In this document: positions 52,156 to 64,000 of the stretch, in pieces | Numbering within the stretch: position 1 is the first letter of the stretch | Layout of the letters: each line of letters begins with the position of its first letter | DNA from: Vicugna vicugna | Lineage: Eukaryota | NCBI GenBank assembly: GCA_013265495.1 | Contig: MU058213.1 | Location: 2,790,001 to 2,854,000, forward strand | Reading direction: 5' to 3' | DNA length: 64,000 nucleotides | Notes under the pieces: model-generated | Databases searched by the model: none | Seen by the model: the letters and a program-made list of their open reading frames with translations, nothing else | Told to the model about the DNA's origin: nothing | Program-made: the position numbers and the translations under genes

Positions 52156-52989
52156 CCAGGATGTATCAGTGGAGCCAAACACAACCTGAGTTTTTATAAA
52201 ATAAGCAGAGACTTAAAGACCCCTATAGGATCTCTTTACATGAGGTGATGTGCTTCAAGTCTCTGTTTGGGGATGTTGTCTAACTTGGAAAATTAAAGTA
52301 GACCAGAAAACGATGTTCCCTCATTCAGCCCTTGGGACAGGTTTTAAATATCAAGGAGGAAAAAGGCTTAGGACAAGAGATTCAAGGACTATTGAATTGT
52401 TGTCACTAGCTAGGTTATTGCTTAGGGACCAGATGACAAAGTGAAACACAGAGCAGAGAATGTATCTTCACTGAGACCCTACCTACCTCCCACCACCTGC
52501 AAAAGACAGTGCTCTGAGGACACCAGAAGGCACCCTGGGCACAGGAAATGGCATTCTTATGTTCCAGCTCAAACAACATGGAAACCCTTTTCAAAGGATT
52601 TGAGGATAGGAGAGACAAGGATACTGATGCAAGAACACAAGTTCTCCATCATATTATGGCTGACAGGCTGTTCTGAGAGGAATCCCCAGAAGTCCCAACA
52701 TGACTCTGTGAAGGACTCAAGGTCCTGCATGATCAGATGGTTAACAACACTAACATATCTTCATTTATAATATCAGGCTTTACAGAAGTTGATTCGTTCC
52801 TCTATTTTTAGTTACATCAGTATAGCTTCTTTGGGGAGAACCATACTATGAGGATGCCTTTAAGGTATCAAGTGGAGCATAATGCAGAGAGCAGGCAAAT
52901 AATTATCAGCCCCCAAATTCCTCCATAACCTGATTTGTAAGCACTGCAATTCATCTGGTAACTCCAGAGACATGCTAGACGTCTCTTAC

Positions 52990-53695
52990 TACCTACACCT
53001 GTTCAAATTCAGTCAGTTCTTTTTTAATGGCTCTCAAAGTCTTCCCATCCTCTTAAACCCCATTCATCACATCTTACCAGATACAATAATCTCAAAATTG
53101 ATTTCTCTATCTCAAGTATAATACCTACATTTCATCTTTTACATGGCTTAGTATCATTAAATCCTTCAGAGGAACCCGGGTCTTTAGGATCGAATCCAAA
53201 CTCTTCAGTATGACTATGATCTAGCTCCTACCTACATTTCCAGGTTGAACTCCTATTGTTTTCCCTCTTGCACTGTGGTCTCCAGCTACACAGAACTGCT
53301 GCAGTTCCCAGAAGGCGTCCTTCTCTCTTACAAGTACAGACCTTTATACCTGCTGCTGCCTGTAACTGAATCCCCTTCTCCCCACCCTTCATCTAACTAG
53401 CCAACTCACGCCCTGCATTCAAACCTCATTCACATGTTACCCACCCCAAGAAAAACAGCTCTAACTCCATACCTTGATTCAAAAGACCTTCTTTATGTTT
53501 CCATAGATACAATCATGTATTTTTCTCTATTTTACTATTTATTACTACATTGTCTCTATTCCCAGCCAAGAGTGAGCATTTTGAGGGCAAGTTCCAGCCT
53601 GCATGTCTGAGTTTTCAGTGCCTAAAGCCAAATCTGGCATACAACTAACACATTTTTTAAAGAGTTTACAAAATAAGATGAACGAATGAGTGATT
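52990..53695 (+). mobile_element. L2 3' region
   Basis: aggatcgaatccaaactcttcagtatgac..ctcctacctac..ctccagctacacagaact..gcctttatacctgctg..agtgagcattttgagggcaag..gaacgaatgagtga. Confidence 0.7.
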
Positions 53696-54424
53696 CTGAT
53701 TTCCAAGTCTCTAATTGTTCATTAGTAAACTAGAATTACCTGCCTCACAATACATTGTAACTATTAAATGGGATTACATTATTCAAAACTTTTTTAAAAT
53801 TAAACTTCCAAAGACTACTAGTTATTTTTTAAAAGATAATGCTTACTCTATTTTTAGGAACTTCAATTCTCCTGGCCCAAGTCCTTCCACCGCACCTGCT
53901 CTCCCAATCCCCCGTTTTGGAGCTCTCCCCACTGTCCTTTCGCTCTCCTTGTGCCTCTACTTGCTTACACAGCCTTGCTGGAGAGAACTTTAAAAACAAA
54001 ATGATTGGTTCTATTATAAATTTATAATCTTCAACCTCATCTGGGTCCTCCATGCCTCTCAGACCTATCTTTTACTGATTTTTTCCCATTTCAGATATCA
54101 GTTGTTAAAACGTTTTCCATACTCCTTAAGTCCTCTAACCTCCATCCCTCATTCTCAAGGAATAACCAAGCCTAACAATTCACCAAGGCATTAATTTGGT
54201 CAATTGCCATGCCACCAGCACCCAGTCTTAATACCAAGCATAATTTTCTCGTTGTATCTCCATCTCAAAATTAGTTTTTATTTGTTCCAAGCTCAATCCC
54301 TCTACTAATTTAGTAGAAATATTTTATATTTAGTTCTTTTTCCTACTCGTAGATCCATATGTTGACCAAAGTTGGCTGATACTTAAATTGCAAAAACAAA
54401 ATTGGAAAGTCTTGGTCAGATTCC

Positions 54425-54895
54425 ACTATCTAAATCAGGATGCTTTCAGCTGAAATTACACAACTAAGAAATTCACAAAAAGTGAAGTAGAAAAGGTTCA
54501 AGACTGGTTGATCTACCATTTCAACCACCATCATCCAAGATCTATATGCTTTCTATTTCTCCACTGCCATGTACAGCCTCATCTTAATTCTGGTTCTCTT
54601 TGTACTTGTTAGTTGGTAACAAGTTGAGGTTACATGCTCTTCTTTTATATATGAGACAAAAAAAGACCAGTTTCCCATGAGGCTCCCTGAAGAAAACTTT
54701 CCCAGAAGCCTCGGTGTATTTTTCCCTTGCATCATTAAGTTACATGTCCCTTCCTGAGCCAATTATTGACAAGAGGGATGAAAAAACATTTAGGTCAGTC
54801 AAGCCCACCACTAGAGCTGAGGATGATTCCCCAAGTCACATTAGGAAGGGATGGAAATGCTACCAGAGATTCAAGCACAATGACCATTACCCAAA
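54425..54895 (-). mobile_element. Old MaLR LTR (MLT1-like)
   Basis: tatctaaatcaggatgctttcagctg..tttcccagaagcc..agttacatgtcccttcctgagccaattattgacaagaggga. Confidence 0.6.
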
Positions 54896-55499
54896 CAAAC
54901 TGCCCTCTCACACACTTGAGCATTGGTTTTATAGTTGCATAAATAAGATTTCCCCCAAACTCATCAGGTTCTTGTCCTTCTCCTCTTAAGGCTTACTCCC
55001 AGCAAAGCCCTCAAGTATAATACCATACCAATTCTACAGCTTCTAATATTCTCCACAGGAATGACATTCTGTTAAAGAAGGTGTAAATGCCTGTGTTCTC
55101 TTCAGTCACCTTTACATCTAAATTTCTGTCCTCCACACATAGGTATAACAAGTGGGTCCATATCCTCCACCCTGGGTTGTGACTGTCAAGTGGGAACTGA
55201 GTACCTTCATCCCCACAGTGGCCTCGCCCTGGGGATTCAACCTGGGCTACACTTGGGGACAGACAACAGATGGTCCTCCTTAAGCATATCTTCCAAGAAG
55301 TCATGTTTGAACTTTCCTCCATCAGACACAAAACTTTCATGTAGAATATCTCATGCAAATAGATTTCTTTCCAGCTTCCCACTAATTTCCCCGAAGTACT
55401 AGACTCACTTGCACCCCATACATGGACACAGCCTAGGGAAACCAGTATCTAATGGTGGGATATGATAAGTTATAGATCTTCTGGCACAAAAGGGACGTC

Positions 55500-55775
55500 T
55501 GTACATCTTAGGTAAATGAGTATATGAATATATGAAGGTAGTTCACTTCTTTCAGCATTAGTTTTCTCATCTAAAAATTGGGTTAATAGCCAACCTCAGA
55601 TGGATGAGCCATTTGGGGTAAGTTACTTCACCTCTGTTAGCCTCAAGTTCTCTCCACTGCCACATGCAGTTTATAGAGGGCATAGCACAGGGCTTCTACG
55701 AGAATCAAATAATATATGCAATGTATCTAAAAGGATGCCTGACTCGCTGTAGGTCCTGAGTAAGTGTTGTTCTCT
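55500..55775 (+). mobile_element. MIR fragments (two cores)
   Basis: agttttctcatctaaaaattgggttaatag; ttggggtaagttacttcacctctg..gggcttctacgagaatcaaataat. Confidence 0.6.
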
Positions 55776-55839
55776 TTCTAATCTTTTTAAATCCCTCAAT
55801 CAAGTAGAAATCAAGTAGCAGGAGAGATATAAGATCTGT

Positions 55840-56070
55840 AAATTATTAAATGTTAACTATGTGCTAGGTGCAGTGCTAAATTTTTCATACTCAACTTTTA
55901 TTTAATCTCCACAAGAACAGCCAACATTAGTATCAACGTCCTCTATTTTACTGACAAAGAAACTCAGGCTCAGAAGTTGAATAGTTGATACAAGGTTATG
56001 TACCCATAAGTAACAGAGCCAAGATTCAAATCTAGGACTCCAGCATCCATGCCTATGCTCTTAGCCATCG
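55840..56070 (-). mobile_element. MIR SINE
   Basis: aactatgtgctaggtgcagtgctaa..tttaatctccacaa..attttactgacaaagaaactcaggctcaga..gagccaagattcaaatctagg. Confidence 0.8.
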
Positions 56071-57199
56071 TGTCATCATCCTCACTAAGACGGCTTCATC
56101 CAGGCAGGTGCAAAAGAAGTAACAGCAACCGTGGGACTCTTCTGTGCATATTCTTAAAAAGTAGAAAAATTGGCCTATCAAACTGTCCCCTTCAGTGAGC
56201 CTTTTCCCCGAGAAAGGAATTGTAGTTTTCCATTTTACCCTTTTGTTTTTTTTTTTTCACTTGATCCACCTGCCAGAATACTTCCTCTTCTCAAGTTGCA
56301 TGACCTTAAATAATGGTCTCCCTAAACTGTATTTCAATTACCAACACTGGATTTTAACAGCCTTTCTCTCATAGGACTTCTAAGAGTATTACATGATAAC
56401 ACATTTGTAAAACATTTCACCTGTGTGTAATACATTCCCAATTAATAAAAATGTGATTTTTGACTGAAATGTTGCCTGGAGTTTACCAGGTCTCTTTATC
56501 TAGGTAAGATTCACAGAAACTCCCACTTCTCTATAGTAGAGTCTCGCAGCCTCCTAATATTTTTGCAAACTCCTGAGAGGGCAGGGAGAGCTTATGTTCT
56601 TGTTACCTCTGGCTCCAAGCTCTCACTCCACCAGCTCAGTGTATGAACCTCTGTGCCCTGCATGCTCTCCCTAACCCCAGTTCCAACCACTAGACATGGG
56701 ACTCGGTTCCTTCCACTGATTAGTAATCATTTTATATTCTATTTCTCTTTACACACACATGCACACACTCATTGCTTAGACAAGTCTTTTCTGTGTGAAT
56801 AACAGATGAGGTTTTTTGGTAGCAAACACAGCAACTTGAAAAATTTGTATTAACCTATCTTTACTCTTTAAAGATCCCTCGGCCTGTTGGGCAGTTCAAG
56901 CTCCAACCTACAGAAGTGTCTCCCCCCTTGCTTCTGCTCTCATAATCCTGGATTCCAGTTATTTATTTTCTAAATAGAAAAATGTGTCCCTCCTCTGTAG
57001 CTCTGTCTCCTGCTAACCCACTTCCCCAAAGTAACAACTGTTGCCCCAGCTGTTAATAATTTTTCACTCTAACCATTAGGATGAATCATTTACCCATCCT
57101 TGGCCCTTATTCTCAGAACTTCTGGCAGCTTCATGCCATAGTCAAAGTTTGTTTGCCTGTGGGGTTAGGATTTGAGGAATAGAAAATAAGAGTTCTTTA

Positions 57200-57440
57200 A
57201 AGTCATTCATTCTCTAATTAATTTTCTAAGAATATTTGCAGAATTTACTCCATGCCAGACACTGTTAAATTCTGAGGATATCTTGGCAAGGAAGAGACTT
57301 TGTCACTGCCCTCACAGTGCTAAATCTGTCAATAAATACAAAGTTTTTAAATAGAGTAATTTAACTTGTGGTGATTGTCACAGAAAGGGAAGTATGAAGT
57401 ACTATGGGCATACGTGACAGAAAGATGATCATAGATTTAG
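57200..57440 (-). mobile_element. L2 3' end
   Basis: tcattcatt..aatatttg..catgccagacactgt..ctgaggata..cactgccctcacag. Confidence 0.6.
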
Positions 57441-60400
57441 ATGAAAACAAACAGTAAGAAAAGAAGTGAAAGATTTACAAAAGACTTAAAATGAACAGAT
57501 GAAAATTACAATACTTGAAGCAAACATGTTATTAGGTTCAGATAACAACAGATTAAATATTACAGAAGAAAGTATTCTGTAAACTTGACAAAGTTGCAGT
57601 AGAAAGGATCCAAAAGTAGCCACAGAGAGAAGAAATACTTAAAAAAAAAAAAAAGGAGTCTCACTCAGTGACCTTTGCAACCAAATCAAGCAATGTAATA
57701 TATATGTAATTGAAGCCCCAGAGGGAAAGGAAAGAGAAATAATTTTTCAACAGCCAAAATTTTTCCCAATTTGATTAAAACTATAAATCCATAGATCCAA
57801 ACTCAATGAAATTCAGGCATGATAAACACACACATACAAAAAATAATACCAAAGAACACCATAGTCAACTGATGAAAACTATTGATAAGTGAAAAACCAT
57901 AAAAGCAGATAGGACTGAATACATTATGATAAATACAAGAAAGAAATATTACATATTTCAACACAGACACCATTCCAGCAAGAAGACAATGAAACATTAT
58001 CAAGCTGCTAAAAGAAAAAAGAACAACCATACACCTAGACTTCCATATTCAACAAAAAATATTCTTTTTAAATGAAGGCAAAACAAAGACGTTCATACAA
58101 GTAAGGCCTGAGAAACTCTTTCAGCTGTGTGCATTCAGTACAAGAAACAGGAGAATTTCTCCAGGAAAAACAAAGTTACAAGAAACAGATGAACAAAGAA
58201 GAAAGAATAGAATCAGAAACGAGGAATGCGAGCTGAGTTAGTTAAATATAAACCATGTTATCATGTTCTTTTAATTTCTGTAGGAGAGAACTGACTGTTT
58301 ACAGCAAAACTTACAATACATTGTGGAGTTTACAAAACATGTAGAAGTAAAATCTATGGTAACAACAGAAAAAAAAATGGAAGGGGAGAAAATGAAAGTC
58401 TACTCTTGCAAGGCTCTTATGTATGAAGTGACAGAACAGTATTTTAATATTTGAAGGTAGGCTGAAAATTTACCGTTGAATATTCTAAACCTATGACAAC
58501 CACTAAAAAGTTTTAAATGAAGGGCTATGACTAATAATTTAATAGTGGAGATAAAGCGAAATTTCAAAAAAAATGCTCAGCTAATACAAAAGATGACAGA
58601 AAAAGAGAGCAAAGAGGACAAAGAACAATGAGACAAGCAGAAAACAGTACAGAAAAGTTAAACTGAACTGTGTAGATACATGTATATGAAAGATAAATAT
58701 TCTGAACACTCCATTTGAAAGGCAGAGATTGCAGACCTGATGAAAAAGCTAGACCCAATTATAGACTGTCTACAAGAAACTCACTTCAAGTATAATGACA
58801 CAGAAAGTTTAAAAGTAAAAGGACAGGAAAGTATGTTTCATGCAAAAATTAATCATAGGAAAGCTGGAGTGGCTGTATCAGATACGGTAGGTTTCAGATC
58901 AAGAAATATTAAAAGGGATAAAGTAGGCGATCTCATCAAAAAGACATAATAATCCTAAAACATATGCACTTAATAACACAACTTCAAAACAAATCAAAAC
59001 TAAAAGAAATAGATAATCCCTAATTAGCACTGTAGATTCAACAATCCTCTTAGTTATCAATAGAACAAATGAACAGAAAAGTCAAAGAAAAATAAAACAT
59101 GAATAACGTTATGAATCATGACCTAAATGACATCTGCAGGATACTCTGTCCAACACGAATGGAATACATACGAAACATCAGAACATAAAATATTCCAGGA
59201 CATGAAACAAATCAAGAAATTTAGAGGGAAAGAAATTGTATCGATATTCTCTATTCATAATAGCACTGAATTATAAATTATTAAAATAGATACCTGGAAA
59301 ATTCAAAAATATTTAGAAAGGTTTAACCCATGAGCTAAAGAATTCAAAAGGGAAATAGAAAACAGTTTTAACTGAAGTGAAAGAGAAACACAATGTACCA
59401 AAATTTATGGAATGCAGCTAAATCAGTATTTAGAAAGGGGCCTCACTGGTAAATTCTACCAAAGAAATTCTTATAAAATACAGAGAATGAGGGAACACAC
59501 TTCTCAGCTCACTGCATGAGGCCACAATACTTTAATATATACTAGTCAAAGATACTAGCAAGAAAAAAATTTACATATCTCATGAATATAGATGCAGAAT
59601 TCTTAAATTAGCAAATAGAATCAAACAGTGTTAAAAAAAAATCCTGAACAAGTAGGGTTTACCAGAAATGCAAAGTTGCTTTAAAATTTTAAAATCTATT
59701 AATGTAATTAACATTTTAATAGCTTAAGTAGAGGGAAAAAGTTCATCTCTACCACTGCAAAAGAAAAGTTTCATAAAATCTAATACTCATTTATTATAAA
59801 ATTTTCAGCTACTAAGAATACATGAAAGGTTCTTCATTCTAATAAAGATGCTCTACAAAAAAGAAAAAAATCTACAACTAACATCATACTTAATGGCCCA
59901 AGACTGAATGCTTTCTTTTATGATTGAAACAGGATGACCACATTAACTGCTTCTGCTCAACACTGTACTAGAAGCCTAGCCAGTAAAACAAAGCAGTAGA
60001 AGTTGAATAGATAAATAAATAGCCATAAGTTGAATAGATAAATGAATAGACAGATGAATAGATAAATAGGTAAATACATAAAAGTTAAACAGATTGGAAA
60101 GGAAGAAAAATTATGTATTTATTGTACGTGACATGATCATGTACAAAGAAAATCCTAAAAGGGAAAAAAAATCACTAAAATGTTAGAGTTTAGTCAGAAC
60201 ATAGGATTTAAGGTCAATAATCAAAACTCTTATTTCTAGAGAGTAGAAACAAATAGTCAGGAACAAATTTTCTTAAATACCTTTTAGAGTAGTATCAACA
60301 AAGCATGAAACAATGAGCAGTACATTAACAAAGTATATGCAGATCTCTACAATGAAAACTACAGAATATAATTGAAAGAAACTGAATGAAGACCTAAATA

Positions 60401-60479
60401 AATGGGGAGATATATCATGGTTATTGATCAGAAGGCTTATTATTAAGATATCAATTTTAAAACAATTTTTTAGGTATGA

Positions 60480-60735
60480 AATCTTTTTTTAACTGTAGTA
60501 TAGTTGGTTTACAATATTGTATTAGTTTTAGGTATACAACATAGTTGTTCAATATTTTTATAGATTATAGTCCATTTGAAGCTGCTATAAAATAATGACT
60601 ACATTTCTCTGCTGTACAATATATTATTGTTGCTTACTTTATACATTATAGTTTGTGTCTCTTAATCCCGTACCCTATCTCACTCCACTCTCCTTCCCTC
60701 TCCCTACTGGTAACCACCAGTTTGTTCTCTATATA
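60480..60735 (-). mobile_element. L1 3'UTR end nested in the old L1
   Basis: T tract, then tagtatagttggtttacaatattgtattagttttaggtatacaacatag..ctactggtaaccaccagtttgttctctata. Confidence 0.85.
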
Positions 60736-60883
60736 ATCATGCTGATAATAATTCTTAAAAAGAACAAAGTTAAAGTGCCGTATTATCTGATTTCCAAACT
60801 AACTACAAAGCTACAGTAATCAAGGCAATGTAGAATTGTTGCAAGAAGCATTCAGAAAAATGCTTAAAACACAATAAGGAAAG

Positions 60884-61043
60884 AGAAGTTGTGGTATATT
60901 TATACAATGGGATACTACTCAGCAATTAAAAAAATAGTGCCATTTGCTGCACATGGATGGACCTAGAGATCATCATTCTAAGTGAAGTAAGCCAGAAAGA
61001 GAAAGAAAAACACCATATGATATCACTCATATGTGGATTCTAA

Positions 61044-61139
<96 letters not shown>

Positions 61140-61479
61140 AAAGGAAAAAAAGGACACTATGAAGTCATCTACAAAACAGAAACAGACTCTCAGGCATAGT
61201 AAACAATCTTGTAGTTACTGGGGGAGAGAGGGTGGGAAGGGATAAATTTGGGAGTCTGAGATTTGCAAATGATAACCACTATATATAAAAATAGATTTTA
61301 AAAAGCCAAATTTCTTCTGTATAGTACAGGAAACTATATTCAATATCTTATAATAACATTTATTGGAAAATAATATGAAAACAAATATATGAATATATAT
61401 ATGCATGATTGGGACATTGTGCTGAACACCAGAAACTGACACATTGTAATCAAATATACTTCAATTTAAAAAAAAAAAG
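60884..61479 (+). mobile_element. Camelid-type L1 3' end nested in the old L1
   Basis: agaagttgtggtatatttatacaatgg..ctaagtgaagtaagccagaaagagaaagaaaaa (also in 29047-31210)..gggtgggaagggataaatttgggag..ccagaaactgacacattgtaa, then A tail. Confidence 0.9.
61046..61141. repeat. Perfect (GAAA)24 tetranucleotide microsatellite
   Basis: 24 uninterrupted GAAA units counted directly. Confidence 0.95.
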
Positions 61480-63359
61480 ATTCTTAGAAAGAGATCCATC
61501 TATATGGTCAACTGGTTTTTGGCAAGAGTATCATAGCACTTTGGGAAAAGGATAGTTTTTTAAAATGAACAATGCTATAACTGGGTACCTGTCTGGAAAA
61601 AGGAGAGGGATTCTCAACTCCTACCTTATACTATTTTTTAAAAAGAAAACAACAATAACTAAAAATGGATCACAGACCTAAATGTAAGACTTAAAACTAT
61701 AAAACTCTGAAAGAAAACAGGAGACAATCTTTGTGAATTCAGGGAAAGCAAAAATATTAGACAGGACAGAAAGTCATGAAATGATAAATTAAAAGTTGAT
61801 AGATTTAGCTTCATCACAATTAAAATCTTTTGTCCTTTGAAAGATAACATTTGGAAGATAAAAAGGCACGACAGGGACTGAGAGAAAATATTTGCAATAC
61901 ACATATGTGATTTAGGACTTGTATCCAGTATAAGTAAAGAATCTTTACGTTTCATGAAAGTCATCATAAAAACAACCAGTTAGCACATGAAAGATGCTTT
62001 AATATCATTAGTTATCAGGGAATATAAACTGAAATCACGATGAGATATTACTACATACCCTCTGGAATGGCTAAAATTAATACACTTGACTTCACCAACC
62101 TGTGGCAAGGATATTGTTGGTGGAATTATAGAATCTTACAATGACTTTGTAGAACACTGACAATTTCTTATAAAGTACAACATATGTTTAACACATAGCC
62201 CAGTATTTCACTACTAGGTATTTACTCAAGAGAACTGAAACTTTTATCCACACAAAGACTTGTGCATGAATGTTCATGGCAGCTTTATTCATAATAGCCA
62301 AACAGTTTGATGACAGTCATACTTTGAGCGACAGCAGAGGATGAAGGCAAAGAAAAATGGATACAACAGCACTCAAGTGATTTCTCTTCCCAGGCAAAGA
62401 GGGAGTACATATACGTCTTTCTCAGAACAAAACTGGGAGACGAACGGTGGTAACAGCTGCTCAACAACATGAGCGCGCCAGTGCCCCAAGCTGTACACCT
62501 ACACGTGGTTCAAGTGGCAAATTTTATGTTCTACATATGTTACAATTTTTCAATAAACAGGAAAAAATTAAATCGGTTTGTACTTCACAGCAGATAAAAA
62601 GAGATGGGCAACAGAAAACATCAAGAGGAAAAGGCAATGTTGAAAAAGCAATAGTTTCAGGAATTAAGTATTTTTTCATAAGTCTAAACAGACCTATCTT
62701 GGTTGGACACACAGAGTTTCTCAGCAACAAAGGCCCATTGTTCCTCTTTATATTTTGACCCATTCACTAAATAGTAGCATAATTCTTCAGAATTTCAATT
62801 GAGGAAAATTCGTAATAGCATCCCTGAAGACTTAACGTAGTATGCTTATTCTGTCCCACCCGTCCCCGCCGAACAGGTGTCTAAGCTCTGCCCTCTCATC
62901 CTGGGATGCATGATATAGATGCTCTATGGTCCCCTTAATGTCCTGCCATGATGCCACTTCGGCAAAGATTTTTTCCCTTGACTAATCCCCAAACATTCCT
63001 CAGCTGTGCTTCACGTTGTTCTTCATGGACTCGCAATCACCTTACTGTTCTGCCCAGAGATCTCTGTGGTTTCACATCCTAGGAGTCCTACTCTCTATGC
63101 CCTGGTCCATGTGTCCTTCGCTGAGTATGTCTGTGAAACACACTCACCAGCCAACTTCTCGGTGTCTCATCCTTAAGTGACATTCTGGAGAATTTTTTTT
63201 CTAATTATTTTCATAATAATAGTTGCATTTAATCTCACCAGCAGCCAAGTGTCTTCCTTAGTGGACCCCACTCTGTCTACAGCCTTTCTCAGTACCAGTC
63301 ATGGTTTTCCTTCCCTCCCTGATTCAGAGTTTTTCCTTTCAATTTTTCTCCTTGTTGTA

Positions 63360-63486
63360 AAGTTAGGCTAATAACGGTGTCTGCCTCAGAGTTGTTATGA
63401 GGTTTAAATTAGATAGTTTAGTAAAGCACTTAGAACACTGCCTGACACATGGTCAGCACTAAGTAAGTGGTAAGCATTATTATTAC
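63360..63486 (+). mobile_element. MIR SINE 3' half
   Basis: tctgcctcagagttgttatgaggtttaaattaga..gtaaagcacttagaacactgcctgacacatggtcagcact. Confidence 0.8.
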
Positions 63487-64000
63487 TTGGTCTCCTCTGA
63501 ATACAATGGAAAACAGAAACACTTCTCTCACCACTGTTTAGTGTATGATTATTCTACTATTTTCACTGATCTTCACTGTTGTCCTGTCCTGGGGACACCT
63601 ACAGTTCAGCCACTAGGCAAGGTTAGCAACACCCTAAAAAGCAACCTGAACAAAAGGAAGCTTTCTTACAGCATTATCGAGTATTCTAAGAACATCTACA
63701 AGTTCCTTGCACTAGCACTGCCTATCTGCATGACCTTCAACAAACTAGCTATCAGAAAGCTTCAGATTCCTTATCTACCAAATGAAGATAAATAGGAGAA
63801 GCTTTGGATTATGGTTTTTATTAGGTCAAAAATATGGAACAGAATGAGCAAAGAGAAAGAAAAGAATGATATATAGGAAGGAGTCACAGCTGAATAAGCA
63901 TAGAGCCCTACTTATCTGTTGAAGAAGAACCATGCTCTGCATCTATCAGCCTCACAGCTATGTTCTACAAAACTATTCTACACTATCTCAAACTATGAGA

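Larger units (their letters stand above)
57440..62550 (+). mobile_element. Long, old, decayed L1 (L1MC/MD-like: ORF1, ORF2, 3'UTR) with two younger L1 3' pieces nested
   Basis: ORF1 remnants at 57480-58170. EN peptide DPIIDCLQETHFKYND..LKVKG..KAGVA at 58740-58949. RT-region and C-terminal remnants (ctaggtatttactcaagagaa..cacacaaagacttgt..gcagctttattcataatagcc). Confidence 0.85.

Noticed and set aside
59999..60080. Repeated aagttgaatagataaat / gaatagataaat units
   Set aside because: Degenerate simple repeat inside an old L1; not a regular repeat-spacer (CRISPR-like) array.
61033..61245. ORF with (KKER)n repeats
   Set aside because: Translation of the (GAAA)n microsatellite.

Overview
Mammalian, repeat-rich non-coding DNA. 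The young LINE-1 3' ends resemble camelid-type L1, and I saw no Alu, Bov-tA/BovB, PRE-1, SINEC or ERE SINEs, so a camelid or other cetartiodactyl genome is the best guess. No recognisable host protein-coding exon, RNA gene or CRISPR-like array is present. The only real long ORF is the 5'-truncated but uninterrupted ORF2 (RT plus C-terminal CCHC) of a young L1 at ~29047-31210. The rest is decayed L1s (several with large internal deletions), MIR and L2 relics, an internally deleted Tigger1, MaLR/ERVL LTRs and several ERV1-type solo LTRs. One solo LTR is nested in another with a clean 4-bp TSD and carries a ~190-bp mRNA-3'UTR-like segment. L1 and younger LTR orientation is strongly skewed to +, consistent with a long intron of a minus-strand gene; a few minus-strand exon-like signals are flagged. 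I found no convincing novel biological system. Repeat family names come from recalled consensus sequences and boundaries are approximate.
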